Origin: a virus
Lineage: Duplodnaviria > Caudoviricetes
Strand: one strand, 5' to 3'
Virus record (IMG/VR): IMGVR_UViG_3300045976_000031
Location: 413 to 64,412 of that record
Length of the DNA: 64,000 bases
Positions 35,708 through 45,594 of the stretch are shown piece by piece. Position numbers and translations under genes: made by a program. The first letter of the stretch is position 1. Each line of letters begins with the position of its first letter. The notes below the pieces were generated by a model that worked only from the letters and a program-made list of their open reading frames with translations, was not told the origin of the DNA and searched no databases.

Positions 35708-37365
35708 GCTGGTACGGTCCTCTGGTTGGTGGCCTGGCGAAGTGTGACCGCAACGTCGATCACGGCCTGGCCGTTAGTCGGGTGATGAATCTCGAACTGG
35801 TCCTGCGCGAAGCGAGTTTCGCATACGAACGAGATGCGCTTCAGATCGGCCATGCGGATCGCCGGCAGCGCCGCGTCGAGCACGAGCGTTTCGCTTTCGA
35901 GCGTGAGGCCGTGCCGGTTCTCGCGCGCGTCGGTGATCGTGCGGTACAGGTTCGGCGAGCCGTCGCGGAATTGGAAGACCAACTGGCGGCGGTTCGGCTG
36001 CGGGCGCAGCATCGAGCGCGCGAAGCCCTGCGACTGGATTTCCAGTTCGACGCCGCCAGTGATGTCGCCCACCGGCTCGATGTCCTGCATGAACGTCGGC
36101 GCATAGAAGTGCTGCGCCTGGCCGCGCGCCGCCTGAAGGAACTGCCGCAGCGCGAACGCGTTGGCGCGCCCGTACAGCCGCAGGTTCGCCTGCACCACTG
36201 CCGTCGTGTACCGGCCATGATCGGTGACGGCTACCGCGCCGCTGCTGTTGTCGAGCACGTAGTTCTTCCGCGAGAATTCCACGTCCAGGGTATTCGCGCG
36301 GTCGACGCGCCAGGCGAAGTACGGCTGGCCGCCGCTCTGCTGGCCCCACGACGCCGGCACCTGGTATGGTTCAACCAGGTCGAACAGGACTTGCGCAGTG
36401 CTCACCGTGTCCGTCACGCGGGACATCTTCGGATTCTGCGTGACGATGCGCGCGGTGCGCATTGGATAGATGCGCGTACCGGCCGGCCAGGTGCGCGGCG
36501 GCGGCGAGGCCCACGAGAAGCGCGTGTCCTGCACGTCGCCGACTTCCAGCAAATCGTACTGGTCCGGGTCGCCGTTGTTCACGAACACGATGTCGCCTTT
36601 GCGGAACTCGCGGAAGCGCAGATCGTTCAGCGTGACGCCGGCAGCTTCCATGTCGATGCCGTCCAACATCTTGACCTGTTCGTGCCACAGCGGGACCAGG
36701 AACATCGCCGGCCCGACGCCGCTGAAGAAGGCGTCCATGCGCTGCGCCTGCGCGCGCTGCCGCAGGAACGACGCCTCGAACGACCGGCGCGCGTTGCGGC
36801 GCACCGAACGGCGCTGCTCTGCGTCAGTCTCGCTCGCCAGCACGTCGGTCTGCCAGGACAGGCGCTCGACGATGCCGTCCTTCCAATTCGGCAGCACCGT
36901 CCACACCGGCATGCTGTATCGCGGGTCCTCGCCGGTCGGCAGATCGACATCGTTGATCGGCGCGTCGTCGAGAACCCATCCCTCTTTCGCCGATGTGTAG
37001 ACGATGGTGTCGCCGCGCATGATCGTCATCGTGAACACGCACGGCGTTTGCCCGACAGGCAGGTTCACCAGAATCACGTCCATGCGGTACTGCCCGGCCG
37101 GGATGTGCACGGTGAACGTCTTCGGCTCGCCGATCACCACCTGGCCGATGATCTGAAGGTTCAGTTGCTCCGTGCCTAGCCATATCGTTGCCGCGTCGTC
37201 GGCACTAACGGCGAAGGAGTAATCGCCGTCCACGTCGAAGTTGATCCGGCGCGCGAGGTAGTACGTTGCCGGCCCCGCTGCCGCGCCGACAGGATTTGCG
37301 ACCGAGACTTGTTTTTCACCATTCGGGTTTTCGGTAGGGAAGTCATAGGGTGTGCGAAGTGCCAT
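35704..37365 (-). CDS. distal tail protein with N-terminal PA14-like domain
   Basis: follows the tape measure gene; ADDAA.IWL; PNW..G..ERL.WQTDVL.S....EQRR. Confidence 0.75.
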   Translation of the reverse strand: MALRTPYDFPTENPNGEKQVSVANPVGAAAGPATYYLARRINFDVDGDYSFAVSADDAATIWLGTEQLNLQIIGQVVIGEPKTFTVHIPAGQYRMDVILVNLPVGQTPCVFTMTIMRGDTIVYTSAKEGWVLDDAPINDVDLPTGEDPRYSMPVWTVLPNWKDGIVERLSWQTDVLASETDAEQRRSVRRNARRSFEASFLRQRAQAQRMDAFFSGVGPAMFLVPLWHEQVKMLDGIDMEAAGVTLNDLRFREFRKGDIVFVNNGDPDQYDLLEVGDVQDTRFSWASPPPRTWPAGTRIYPMRTARIVTQNPKMSRVTDTVSTAQVLFDLVEPYQVPASWGQQSGGQPYFAWRVDRANTLDVEFSRKNYVLDNSSGAVAVTDHGRYTTAVVQANLRLYGRANAFALRQFLQAARGQAQHFYAPTFMQDIEPVGDITGGVELEIQSQGFARSMLRPQPNRRQLVFQFRDGSPNLYRTITDARENRHGLTLESETLVLDAALPAIRMADLKRISFVCETRFAQDQFEIHHPTNGQAVIDVAVTLRQATNQRTVPA

Positions 37366-37368
37366 GAT

Positions 37369-40300
37369 TTAACGAAGCCATTGTTTGAGGGTTGCGATGT
37401 TTTTCTTCAGGTGGACCAGCGTGACCTTCTCGCCTTCCGACGAGGACATCGCCTCGGGCACGCGGGCACGGTCGTCGACCAGGACGAAGCGATTACCGGC
37501 ACCGCCGTCAGCCGGCGCGCCAGCAGCTTTGCCGCCGTTCAGGACGTGACGCGGATCGTCGCGGGTCAGCACCTCTTCGTTCTTTTCCAGGATCGCCGGC
37601 ATCTCGTTCGGCTTCAGGCCCACGATACCGCCAGTGTGATAGCGCACGGCGTTCGTGAACACGTCGGCGGCCACGGAGCGCGTGAACGTCCGCGACTGAC
37701 CCATCACGCCGCCACGGTGCGCGCCGGCCGCCGCCACGCCGCCCGCTGCTGCCGCTGCGCCGCCGATCCCGCTGGACGCGCCCATCGCTTTGACCAGGGC
37801 ATTCAGGATCATCTGCTTCAGGATGGCCTGCGCGATCTCCATGAGGAACTGCGCGAAGAACTGACCGATGGCGGCCAGCGCACCACGGAAGCCCTGACCG
37901 ATGCTCTCGGCACCGCTGGCGACCTTCGCGATCTGTTCGGCGAGCGACTGGAACGCGGTGACGCCGTTGGTCGCGATGCTGTTCACGATGGTCTTGTCCA
38001 GGTCCGACGATGCCGCGTGCGCGTTCTGCGTTTCCAGCTTCAGCTTGCCAGCGCCGGCCGACGCCTTGTTGAACGCATCCTCGCTGATCGCACCGAAGTC
38101 GCGGGCGGTCTGCAACAGGCGCAGCAGTTCGTCCACGTTGGCGGTGATGCGATCCTTATACGCTGCGGCGTTGGCGTTCATCTCGGCGGCTTCCTGCGTC
38201 GAGTCGATGATGCCCAGCTTGCGCTTCGTGGCGATCAGATCGAGGTCGCGCTGCTGCTGTTCGAGAATCTGGTTCAGCGTGGTCTGCTGCGCGGCCAGGT
38301 TGTTCGCGGCCAGGGTTGCATCCACGTCCGACTTCGCCATGCCGGCGCGCACGCTCGACACCAGGTTCGAGTAGGCCACCGGGTCGAGCACGGACTTCAC
38401 GCTCGCGGCGAATTTGAGCGCGGCCTGGCCGGCTTCCTCGACACCAGGGCCGAGCGTGGCGACCGCGTAGTTCGTCTGATCGAGGAATTGCTGCGACGAG
38501 ATTTTGCCAGTGTCGTACAGGGTCTTGATCTCGTTCAGGCGGTTTTGCAGGATGGTCTGCTTCGCGTTGAATTCGTCGGCCAGGCGGTTCGCCTCGTCGC
38601 GGTCGCTGTTCTCGCCTTCCAGGATTTCGCGCTGCTTCTTCAGCACGTCGAGACGCGCCTGGTCAGCGGCGGCCTGCTGCGGGTTCACCTTCTTCTCGGC
38701 GAGAATCTTGGTGTTCAACTCGTCGTAGGCGTGGCTGATCTTGTCGATGCGCGCGGCGCGGCGTTCCTCGTACGGCTTCGTCGGATCGGCCTTCGCGTTC
38801 TTGGCCGCGATGTCGGCTTCGATACCATCCAGCTTGTCCTTAATCTCCATCGCCAGGCGCACGCGGCGGTCGCCTTCCTGCTTGCCCTTCGCGGCCTGCT
38901 CGTTGTAGAACTTCGCACGTTCGGCGGCCACGGCTTTCGCTTCGGCCGCGTCGATGATGCGCTTCGCTTCCTGGTAAGACGCCTCGCTGGTCAATCCCTT
39001 TTTCTGTTCCTCGCGTTCCTTTTCGTACGGCTCGCGGATGATCGCCAGGCGGTCTTCCAGTTCCTCCTTCGCGCTTCGCAGGCGTTGCTCCTTCATCGCG
39101 CGATCGGACTTTTTCTCGTCAGCGAGCATCGCCTTGCGCAGCGCGGCCAGCTTCGTCGGGTCGTCGTTAGGATCGCCCGGATACGCGGTGTCGCCCGAGT
39201 TGCTGCCCATCGCTGCGGCCTCGCGCTTCTTCTGATCCTGCAAAGCGTAGTTCGTCTTCGCGTCGAAGTTCACGTCCTTAGCCTGCGCCTCGGCGATCAG
39301 GCGAGACTGTTCCTTCGCGGCGTCGACGGCGATCTTCGACAGCTTGTCGTACTGCGCCTTCAGCGCGGCCTGCTGTTCTTTGTCGGTATTCGCGTCCAGC
39401 TTTTTGCGCGCCGCCGCCGCGTCCTCGAATGCCTTGGTCGCCGCGTTCGTTGCACCCACGATGCGCTCGCGAATCCCGTTGTCCATCATGTTGAGGATTG
39501 CGCCCGTCGCCTCGTACGCGGCATAGCCGGCCGCCAGCACCACCGTTGCCTTGCTCAACAAGCCGAACGCGCGCACCAGGTTCATCACGAGCGGCGTCAA
39601 GCGCGCCACCACGCCGGCCACGCCACCAGTGCCGAGTGCTGCGGTGATCGCGGCTGCTGCCTCGGTGCGGGCCATCCAGGCGTTCAGTGCAACGATGGAA
39701 CCCTGAAGCGCGACGACTTCGGTGCGCACGGCCACGAACGCCGCAGGCAGCGAGAACAGCCAGGCGATGATCTTCACGCCGATCACGGCTTCCAGGGCCA
39801 GCTTGAATGCGTCGAAGTGGTCGATCACGAATTGCAGCACGTTCAGCACGGCCACGAACGCCGAGGAAAGCTGCGTGGCGAACTTGTCGGCGGTGCCGTC
39901 GTTCAGCATGGCCGACAGCTTGTTGAGAAGCTGCTGGTACGCCTGCACGAATCCGCCGTTCGCGGTGTTGTTGAGGAAGCGATTGAACGCGTTGTCGAAC
40001 CGCGCCTGCGACTGCGACAGGTTCTCGACGCCATTGCCGACCACGCCGTACGTGTCCTTCAGTTCCTTCGCGACCTTGATGAGCAACGACGGCGCGATCT
40101 GACCATCCTGCATCGCCTTCGCGAAGTCCTGGGTCGTCATGTTCGCGGCCTTCGCGAACAGGTTGTACGCGCCCGGCAGCGCATCGCCAAGCTGCTGCGA
40201 CAGTTCCTCGGCGCTGACCTTGCCCTTGTTGAACATCTGCTCGATGGCCTTGAACACGCGTTCCGACTCGACGGCCGACAGGCCCAGCTTCGATGTCGCG

Positions 40301-42126
40301 GTTGCGAAGCCCTCGAAGATGTAGCGGGTCTGCTGCGTGTTCATGCCGGCCTGCTTCGCGGCGATGGCGAGTTTCGAGTAGGCCGGGGCCACCTTCGTGA
40401 AGCTGACGCCGATGCGGTCTGTCGCGGCTTGCAGATACGCGTAATCGGACGCCGCCGCCTTCGCATTCCCGTTGTTCACGACCAGCAGGCGGTTCATGAT
40501 GGCCTGCGTCTGGTTGTACGCTTCGAGCGTTTTCTTGCCGAGTTCGATTGCGGCGTTCAGGCCCACGAAGCCAGCGGCCAGGGACAGCAGTTCGCCGCGC
40601 AAGCGCTGCGCGTACGACAGCGTGGTCCGGCCACCTTCACCGCCGAAGAACGACAGGATGCGCGAGCCGGTTTGCTCGGCCGCCGCGCCGTTCGCACGGT
40701 AGGCCGCGTTCAGCGAGTTGAGCGCCTGCGTGGCGCGGTTGGTCTGGTCGACAAGCTGCTGCTCGGCCTGCGCAAGCTGCGCGGTGTTCACGCCAGCGGC
40801 GGTCAGCGTGGCCTGCGTTTGCCGGGCAGCGGTCATGAGGTTGCCCAGCGCGGTCGCGGATTGCTGCAACGTGCGCTGCGCGGCGGCCAGGCGGGTCGTA
40901 ATGTCGTCGCCACCGTTCCCCGCGCGCATCGCCGCGATCAGGTTGTTCACCGCCGTCCGGTTCTGCGTGTATTCGTAACGAGCGGCCCGCAGCGCCGCGA
41001 TCTGGTTCTGGTAGGTATCCACCTGGCCGGCGACCGCCAAAAGCGCCGCCTGCGTGCGCCTGGCGTCTTCCAGGGCACCTCGATAGTCGCGGACAGGTCC
41101 ACGGATCGCGGTGACGCGCGCTTCCAGGCGACCCACTGCGTCCTCGATCCCGGTGATCGAGCGTACGGCGGCATCGGCCGGGTTCTGGATGTCGCGGATT
41201 TGCTGGGACAGTTGCGGCGTCAGGACCGGCGTTTGCCCGCGTGCGGTGACGACCGAACTGCGGCTCATGCGCTCGGCGGCGTCGGCGGCCTGCTGCAATG
41301 CCTGCTGCTGCGCGCGCAGTGCGGCGGTCTTCTTGTTCAGTTCCTCGGTCGCCTGGCGCTGCGCCTGCGCGAACAGCACGTCGACCTCGACCTGACGCTC
41401 GCGGTTCTTGTCGGCGGCGGCCTGGTTCGCGGCTACCTGCGCGGCACGTTCGGCGGCCAGGGCGGCGGCCACGTCGCGCTCGGCCTGCGCGAACTGGTTG
41501 TCGACCTTCACCTGCAATTCGCGCTGTGCGATGGCGTCGGCCTGCGCTTTGCGGCGCGCGGCGTCGGCGTCGGCCGTGTTGATCGCGCGTTCCTGCTTTT
41601 CCAGGGCGGCGTTCGCCTGGTTCACGGCGTCGACGATCTTCTTCTGCGAGTCGGCCAGGTTCGAGGCCGTGATGCCGAATGCAGCGAGGCGCTGGCCGGT
41701 GGCGTCGACGCGGGCCTGCGCGCGCTCGTACTGCTTCTCGACCGACAGCACGGCCTTGCCCAAGCGGTTCAATTCCGCCTGCTGCGCCTTCGTGCGTTCT
41801 TCGCCGGGAGTCAGTGAGTTGGCAAAATCCTGCTGCGCCTTGCGCGCCGCTTCCAACTTCGTGTTGAGGTCGGCCAGGGTAGCCGACTGCGCCTCGTACA
41901 GCTTCGTGAGGGATTGCTGGGACAGCAGCGCCTTCGCTGCGTTTTCAAGTTTGGTGTACGACGCTTCCAGTTGCGCGACCGTCGTGGTGCCTTTCTTCGC
42001 ACTCTCGATCTGCGCATCCTGCGCCTTCGTCATCTCCTTCAGGGCGTCCACTACCTTGTCGGTAGTCTGCTTCGAGTAGTTGGTCGCCCGGATTCGGAGT
42101 TCTACGTCCTGGGAATTGTTAGCCAT
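37369..42126 (-). CDS. tape measure protein
   Basis: 1585 aa, Ala/Gln-rich helical; QMFNKGKVSAEELSQQLGDALPGA domain; C-terminal RYHTGG. Confidence 0.95.
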   Translation of the reverse strand: MANNSQDVELRIRATNYSKQTTDKVVDALKEMTKAQDAQIESAKKGTTTVAQLEASYTKLENAAKALLSQQSLTKLYEAQSATLADLNTKLEAARKAQQDFANSLTPGEERTKAQQAELNRLGKAVLSVEKQYERAQARVDATGQRLAAFGITASNLADSQKKIVDAVNQANAALEKQERAINTADADAARRKAQADAIAQRELQVKVDNQFAQAERDVAAALAAERAAQVAANQAAADKNRERQVEVDVLFAQAQRQATEELNKKTAALRAQQQALQQAADAAERMSRSSVVTARGQTPVLTPQLSQQIRDIQNPADAAVRSITGIEDAVGRLEARVTAIRGPVRDYRGALEDARRTQAALLAVAGQVDTYQNQIAALRAARYEYTQNRTAVNNLIAAMRAGNGGDDITTRLAAAQRTLQQSATALGNLMTAARQTQATLTAAGVNTAQLAQAEQQLVDQTNRATQALNSLNAAYRANGAAAEQTGSRILSFFGGEGGRTTLSYAQRLRGELLSLAAGFVGLNAAIELGKKTLEAYNQTQAIMNRLLVVNNGNAKAAASDYAYLQAATDRIGVSFTKVAPAYSKLAIAAKQAGMNTQQTRYIFEGFATATSKLGLSAVESERVFKAIEQMFNKGKVSAEELSQQLGDALPGAYNLFAKAANMTTQDFAKAMQDGQIAPSLLIKVAKELKDTYGVVGNGVENLSQSQARFDNAFNRFLNNTANGGFVQAYQQLLNKLSAMLNDGTADKFATQLSSAFVAVLNVLQFVIDHFDAFKLALEAVIGVKIIAWLFSLPAAFVAVRTEVVALQGSIVALNAWMARTEAAAAITAALGTGGVAGVVARLTPLVMNLVRAFGLLSKATVVLAAGYAAYEATGAILNMMDNGIRERIVGATNAATKAFEDAAAARKKLDANTDKEQQAALKAQYDKLSKIAVDAAKEQSRLIAEAQAKDVNFDAKTNYALQDQKKREAAAMGSNSGDTAYPGDPNDDPTKLAALRKAMLADEKKSDRAMKEQRLRSAKEELEDRLAIIREPYEKEREEQKKGLTSEASYQEAKRIIDAAEAKAVAAERAKFYNEQAAKGKQEGDRRVRLAMEIKDKLDGIEADIAAKNAKADPTKPYEERRAARIDKISHAYDELNTKILAEKKVNPQQAAADQARLDVLKKQREILEGENSDRDEANRLADEFNAKQTILQNRLNEIKTLYDTGKISSQQFLDQTNYAVATLGPGVEEAGQAALKFAASVKSVLDPVAYSNLVSSVRAGMAKSDVDATLAANNLAAQQTTLNQILEQQQRDLDLIATKRKLGIIDSTQEAAEMNANAAAYKDRITANVDELLRLLQTARDFGAISEDAFNKASAGAGKLKLETQNAHAASSDLDKTIVNSIATNGVTAFQSLAEQIAKVASGAESIGQGFRGALAAIGQFFAQFLMEIAQAILKQMILNALVKAMGASSGIGGAAAAAGGVAAAGAHRGGVMGQSRTFTRSVAADVFTNAVRYHTGGIVGLKPNEMPAILEKNEEVLTRDDPRHVLNGGKAAGAPADGGAGNRFVLVDDRARVPEAMSSSEGEKVTLVHLKKNIATLKQWLR

Positions 42127-42454
42127 CGGTCAGCTTTCGCAGTTGTCGGTTCAAGTTTTCTACGCCCTTACCATCGAGCGAGAGAACCGCGACGATGGCC
42201 GAATGCAGTAGGGAAGTTTCAGTTGCCATCCTACCGTGGATGCGCTCGCGAGCTATTTCTGCTTCTATCCATAGTTTCGACAGCGGATAGTCATTCGCGT
42301 GCCTGTGACCTTCTGCCATCAACAGGCTCGCATGTGCGCGGAGCGACCTATGGAATCGCTCTGCGCGGGTAAGGTGTTCTAGTCCGGTGTCGGCGTCGCG
42401 CCGCTCGGACCCATCACTTTCACCATCCCCACCAGGCTGTCGAGGAATTTTTTT
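42119..42454 (-). CDS. tail assembly chaperone gpGT, C-terminal part via -1 frameshift
   Basis: ORF in the -1 frame to gpG; slippery A-AAA-AAA at 42448..42454. Confidence 0.8.
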   Translation of the reverse strand, partial: KKIPRQPGGDGESDGSERRDADTGLEHLTRAERFHRSLRAHASLLMAEGHRHANDYPLSKLWIEAEIARERIHGRMATETSLLHSAIVAVLSLDGKGVENLNRQLRKLTDG

Positions 42455-42813
42455 GCGCCGCCCGCTTCCTCGAAGGTGAGTTCGATGATCTTGCGAACGC
42501 ATTCCACCTGGACCGGCAGCGGCAGCTTCGCGGCGGTCGGCAGCAACGACTGATCCTCATCGCCGCACAGCACGATCATCTGCGCAACCATGCCCGGCGC
42601 TTCCTGCACGATGGTCGTGGCGAACTTGACGGACTGCGTGATTGCCAGGTCGCGGCTCGCGTCGTCCTCGTACAGCTTGAACAGGTTGTTGAGTTCGGAC
42701 ATGTAGCCGCGCATGAGCACGGAAAAATCGTTCAAGGACAGCCCGCGCAATTCGAGCGAGCCGCCCCGGAACGTCACGACATCGGATGCAATCTTGAAGT
42801 CTTTGAGTGACAT
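42379..42813 (-). CDS. tail assembly chaperone gpG
   Basis: between the tail tube and tape measure genes; GGAKK slippery codons. Confidence 0.85.
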   Translation of the reverse strand: MSLKDFKIASDVVTFRGGSLELRGLSLNDFSVLMRGYMSELNNLFKLYEDDASRDLAITQSVKFATTIVQEAPGMVAQMIVLCGDEDQSLLPTAAKLPLPVQVECVRKIIELTFEEAGGAKKFLDSLVGMVKVMGPSGATPTPD

Positions 42814-42828
42814 TTCGGGGCGTCCTTT

Positions 42829-43656
42829 TTAAACGGCGGCGGCCGGCAGCGATTCGATGTACACGCGCTCGGTGTTCGCGTCCAGCTTCAGCACCTCGAA
42901 GTTGAACGACATGACTTGCCAGTCGTCGCCCTTCAGTGCGTAGTCGCCGTTCGCGGTGATCTTCACGTACGGCCAGAAGTAGTCTTTGCGCTCGCCGACC
43001 GGGTTGGTCGCCAGGAAGCGCAGCGCGCCACGGATTTCCTGACCCTTCGCGATGATGACTTCGCGGGTGACGCCTTCCTGGTCGTAGGTGACGCGCAGCA
43101 CGTCGCCGTCTTCGATGTCCGCTGCATCCGGCTCGATGTAGATGCGACCGCGTGCCAGGTCGATGTCGAAGTTCGCGGCCACCACGGCGTCGGTCAGCGG
43201 CGTCGCCACGAGCGGGTCTTGCGGCGTTGCGCCGGCTGCGACGGTTGCGATCTTCACGTTGGTGACGCTGCGCGTGCCCTGCGGCGTGTCGGCGGTTTTG
43301 CCGAGTTGGTACGAGCGGCCACGAGCGGCCACGAAGTCCGGCTCGACGACGCCAGGTGCCGCGACGATGGTGGACTTGTCGATGTCACCGCCGAACCACA
43401 TGGCGACGTTGGCCGGCTCGATGTTGTCGGTGCTGAAGCTGCCGGTGATGTCGTTGGTGATGGTGATCGACTCGTCCTTCACGTTCAAGCCTTCGTCGGC
43501 ATCCATGTGGTCCAGGGTGTCCGAGGAACGCGATTGCGTGAGTTCCGGCGTGTTGCCGAGGTAGCGTTCGCCAGTGCCGATTTTCGAGCCGACCGCGAAT
43601 TGATCGAAGTGCAGTTTGCCCTTACCGATCACATATTGTTTGCCTGCGCCTGCCAT
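42829..43656 (-). CDS. major tail tube protein
   Basis: YVIGKG.L.F...GERYLGNTPE motif; synteny. Confidence 0.85.
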   Translation of the reverse strand: MAGAGKQYVIGKGKLHFDQFAVGSKIGTGERYLGNTPELTQSRSSDTLDHMDADEGLNVKDESITITNDITGSFSTDNIEPANVAMWFGGDIDKSTIVAAPGVVEPDFVAARGRSYQLGKTADTPQGTRSVTNVKIATVAAGATPQDPLVATPLTDAVVAANFDIDLARGRIYIEPDAADIEDGDVLRVTYDQEGVTREVIIAKGQEIRGALRFLATNPVGERKDYFWPYVKITANGDYALKGDDWQVMSFNFEVLKLDANTERVYIESLPAAAV

Positions 43657-43708
43657 AGTTAATTCTCCAAAATGAGAGGGTGATAAAACGGGATTGCGAG
43701 TGCTCGCG

Positions 43709-44227
43709 CTACTCGCCGATCTTCGCTGCCATTCCTAACCGGATGGCGAGGTAGAAGAACGCGTTATTCGCCACACCTGCCTCCGGTGGCCGGATTACGG
43801 GTGGGGCGATTTCGACGGACGTAATCATACCACCCAGCAGATAGTCCTCTTTGTGCTCGGGATTGCCGTTGCGCGTTTCAGCCTGCATGCGATTCAGCCG
43901 GCGTTCAACGTCTTGGCAGAGGTAATAGATGTCGTCTTCGGTGTCTTTGCGGTTGTCGGCCGCGATCCCCTGGATCATGATCGTCCAGTAGTCCTTACGG
44001 AATGCGGCCTCTTCGCCAGCGAACGTCGCGATGTCGGCGCGCGGCGCTTCGATGATCGCCACGGCGGGCGGCTTGTCGCTGATCTCTGCGCCGATCAGGA
44101 TGCGGTTGCGGTACACCTTGCCGGCCAGGTCGAATGCGTCGCCGTTCTCTTTCGACGCGCCAGCGATGAGGTCTTGCAGCGCCATGATGACCTTCAGGCG
44201 ACGTGGGATGGGACGTTCTGGATTCAT
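43709..44227 (-). CDS. tail terminator-like protein
   Basis: 172 aa upstream of the tail tube gene. Confidence 0.65.
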   Translation of the reverse strand: MNPERPIPRRLKVIMALQDLIAGASKENGDAFDLAGKVYRNRILIGAEISDKPPAVAIIEAPRADIATFAGEEAAFRKDYWTIMIQGIAADNRKDTEDDIYYLCQDVERRLNRMQAETRNGNPEHKEDYLLGGMITSVEIAPPVIRPPEAGVANNAFFYLAIRLGMAAKIGE

Positions 44228-44805
44228 GTTGTGAGCCTTGTGAATTGTCGAAGGAATTCCTCGCCGACCATCTTGCCGACCGGGGCCGCGATGCGCTCGG
44301 ACACCGACCTGAAAACTTGATCGACCGAGGGGCCGTACAGCAGTGCGACGCGATCCGGGACCAGCCAGCGAGTAGCGCCGGTCTTGTTGGCGATCTGCTG
44401 GCCCGGCTTGACGCGCACAGCCAGGCCGATGTTCCCGCTGTTCAGGCGCACGAGCCAGGCGGTTTTCAGGGTGACGCTTTTACCCTTCTTGACCTGGACT
44501 CGCACGCCGATGCGCGCACGACTGCCGAGCGTGGTGCCGGACGCGGCGAAACGCGCCAGGCTCGTCGGACGCTCGCGCGCGGCGATGACTGCTTCGGGAT
44601 TGTTGGTGGTAGCTTTTTGAGAGACGCGGAGGCGGTCGCCGGACAGGTAGTCTTTCGGGAACGCGATCTCGTCGAGGATGCCGTTGCGGGCCAGTTTCAG
44701 CCCGCCTCGGGTGGCGACCTGGTTGATCGCCATAGTCGCAGCTTTGCCAGCTACGTCAGGAAGCCGTTGAAAGAATTCGACGGCATCAAGAATTGAATCT
44801 GCCAT
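44224..44805 (-). CDS. neck / tail completion protein (gpZ-like)
   Basis: basic protein with LYGPSVDQVF motif; synteny. Confidence 0.7.
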   Translation of the reverse strand: MADSILDAVEFFQRLPDVAGKAATMAINQVATRGGLKLARNGILDEIAFPKDYLSGDRLRVSQKATTNNPEAVIAARERPTSLARFAASGTTLGSRARIGVRVQVKKGKSVTLKTAWLVRLNSGNIGLAVRVKPGQQIANKTGATRWLVPDRVALLYGPSVDQVFRSVSERIAAPVGKMVGEEFLRQFTRLTT

Positions 44806-45163
44806 TGTCTCGACTCGCATGCCAGATTTCGCGTGCGGCGTCGGACTTGGGATCGCGGGTGTCGATCACGAGGACAAGGCCGGCGAAGTATCCAGCGGTG
44901 AATTTGACGAGGCCGCCGCGAGTGATCGTCACATCCTTCACGATCAGTTCGGCCACGTCGAAAAACACCCTGTCGATGGTGTCGATACTGACCGGGTAGC
45001 CATCCCCGTTCAGATCACCAGTGGCGGCCAGCTTGTCGTGCCATCGAACCCGCAGCGGCACCGGGGCGTCCAGGTTCTCGTCCTCGTACGTGGCGTCCAC
45101 TGCCAGCGTGTCGTGCACGATCCGATGAACGCGGGCCTTTGCCGCTGCGAAGTCGAAGCCCAT
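44786..45163 (-). CDS. head-tail joining protein (gpFII-like)
   Basis: 125 aa; lambda-like synteny. Confidence 0.65.
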   Translation of the reverse strand: MGFDFAAAKARVHRIVHDTLAVDATYEDENLDAPVPLRVRWHDKLAATGDLNGDGYPVSIDTIDRVFFDVAELIVKDVTITRGGLVKFTAGYFAGLVLVIDTRDPKSDAAREIWHASRDNGRFNS

Positions 45164-45165
45164 GA

Positions 45166-45519
45166 TTACAGTTCTTCGTCCTTACCGTCAGCCTTGGCCT
45201 TCTCGGTCTTCGCTGCGGCTTTGGACTGCACCTTCGCGGCCGGCGCGCCACCATCCGGCGAGGTCGCGGCACCCAGCGGGGCCGGCGTCGAGGCGTTCGG
45301 GTTGGCGTCGGTGTCGCCGAGATTCTGGATGCCGCCCACCGGGCCGTTGTCCAGGTCGGTGATCGACTCGTTGATCGGCTGGCGCAGGGCGTTCTTGTTG
45401 ATGCCCTGGATTTCCTTCATCTCGTCGGCGGTGAAGTTGAACTTGTCCTTCGCCTTGACGACGATGCGCTGGCCGTCGCGGTGCAGGATGATCTTTTGGG
45501 TTGCGATACGAATTGGCAT
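45166..45519 (-). CDS. hypothetical protein after the capsid gene (gpFI position), ends DEEL
   Basis: 117 aa, GGAG RBS, disordered C-terminal half. Confidence 0.7.
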   Translation of the reverse strand: MPIRIATQKIILHRDGQRIVVKAKDKFNFTADEMKEIQGINKNALRQPINESITDLDNGPVGGIQNLGDTDANPNASTPAPLGAATSPDGGAPAAKVQSKAAAKTEKAKADGKDEEL

Positions 45520-45547
45520 TTGAAACTCCGTTGTGAGGGTGGTGTTG

Positions 45548-45568
45548 AAAGGCCGGGTTTCCCCGGCC
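45548..45568 (-). terminator. hairpin / weak terminator after the major capsid gene
   Basis: GGCCGGGG-AAA-CCCGGCC-TTT. Confidence 0.55.
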
Positions 45569-45594
45569 AGTGCCTACTACTGCGGCGGTGCCGC

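Noticed and set aside
37309-41817. 1502-aa + strand ORF and many other long antisense ORFs (e.g. 8270..9670, 55579..57822, 61102..63420)
   Set aside because: Shadow frames of GC-rich, codon-biased genes on the opposite strand; no RBS or recognisable motifs.
42119-42813. -1 frameshift in the tail chaperone as a novelty
   Set aside because: This is the well-known gpG/gpGT recoding; annotated as a feature only.
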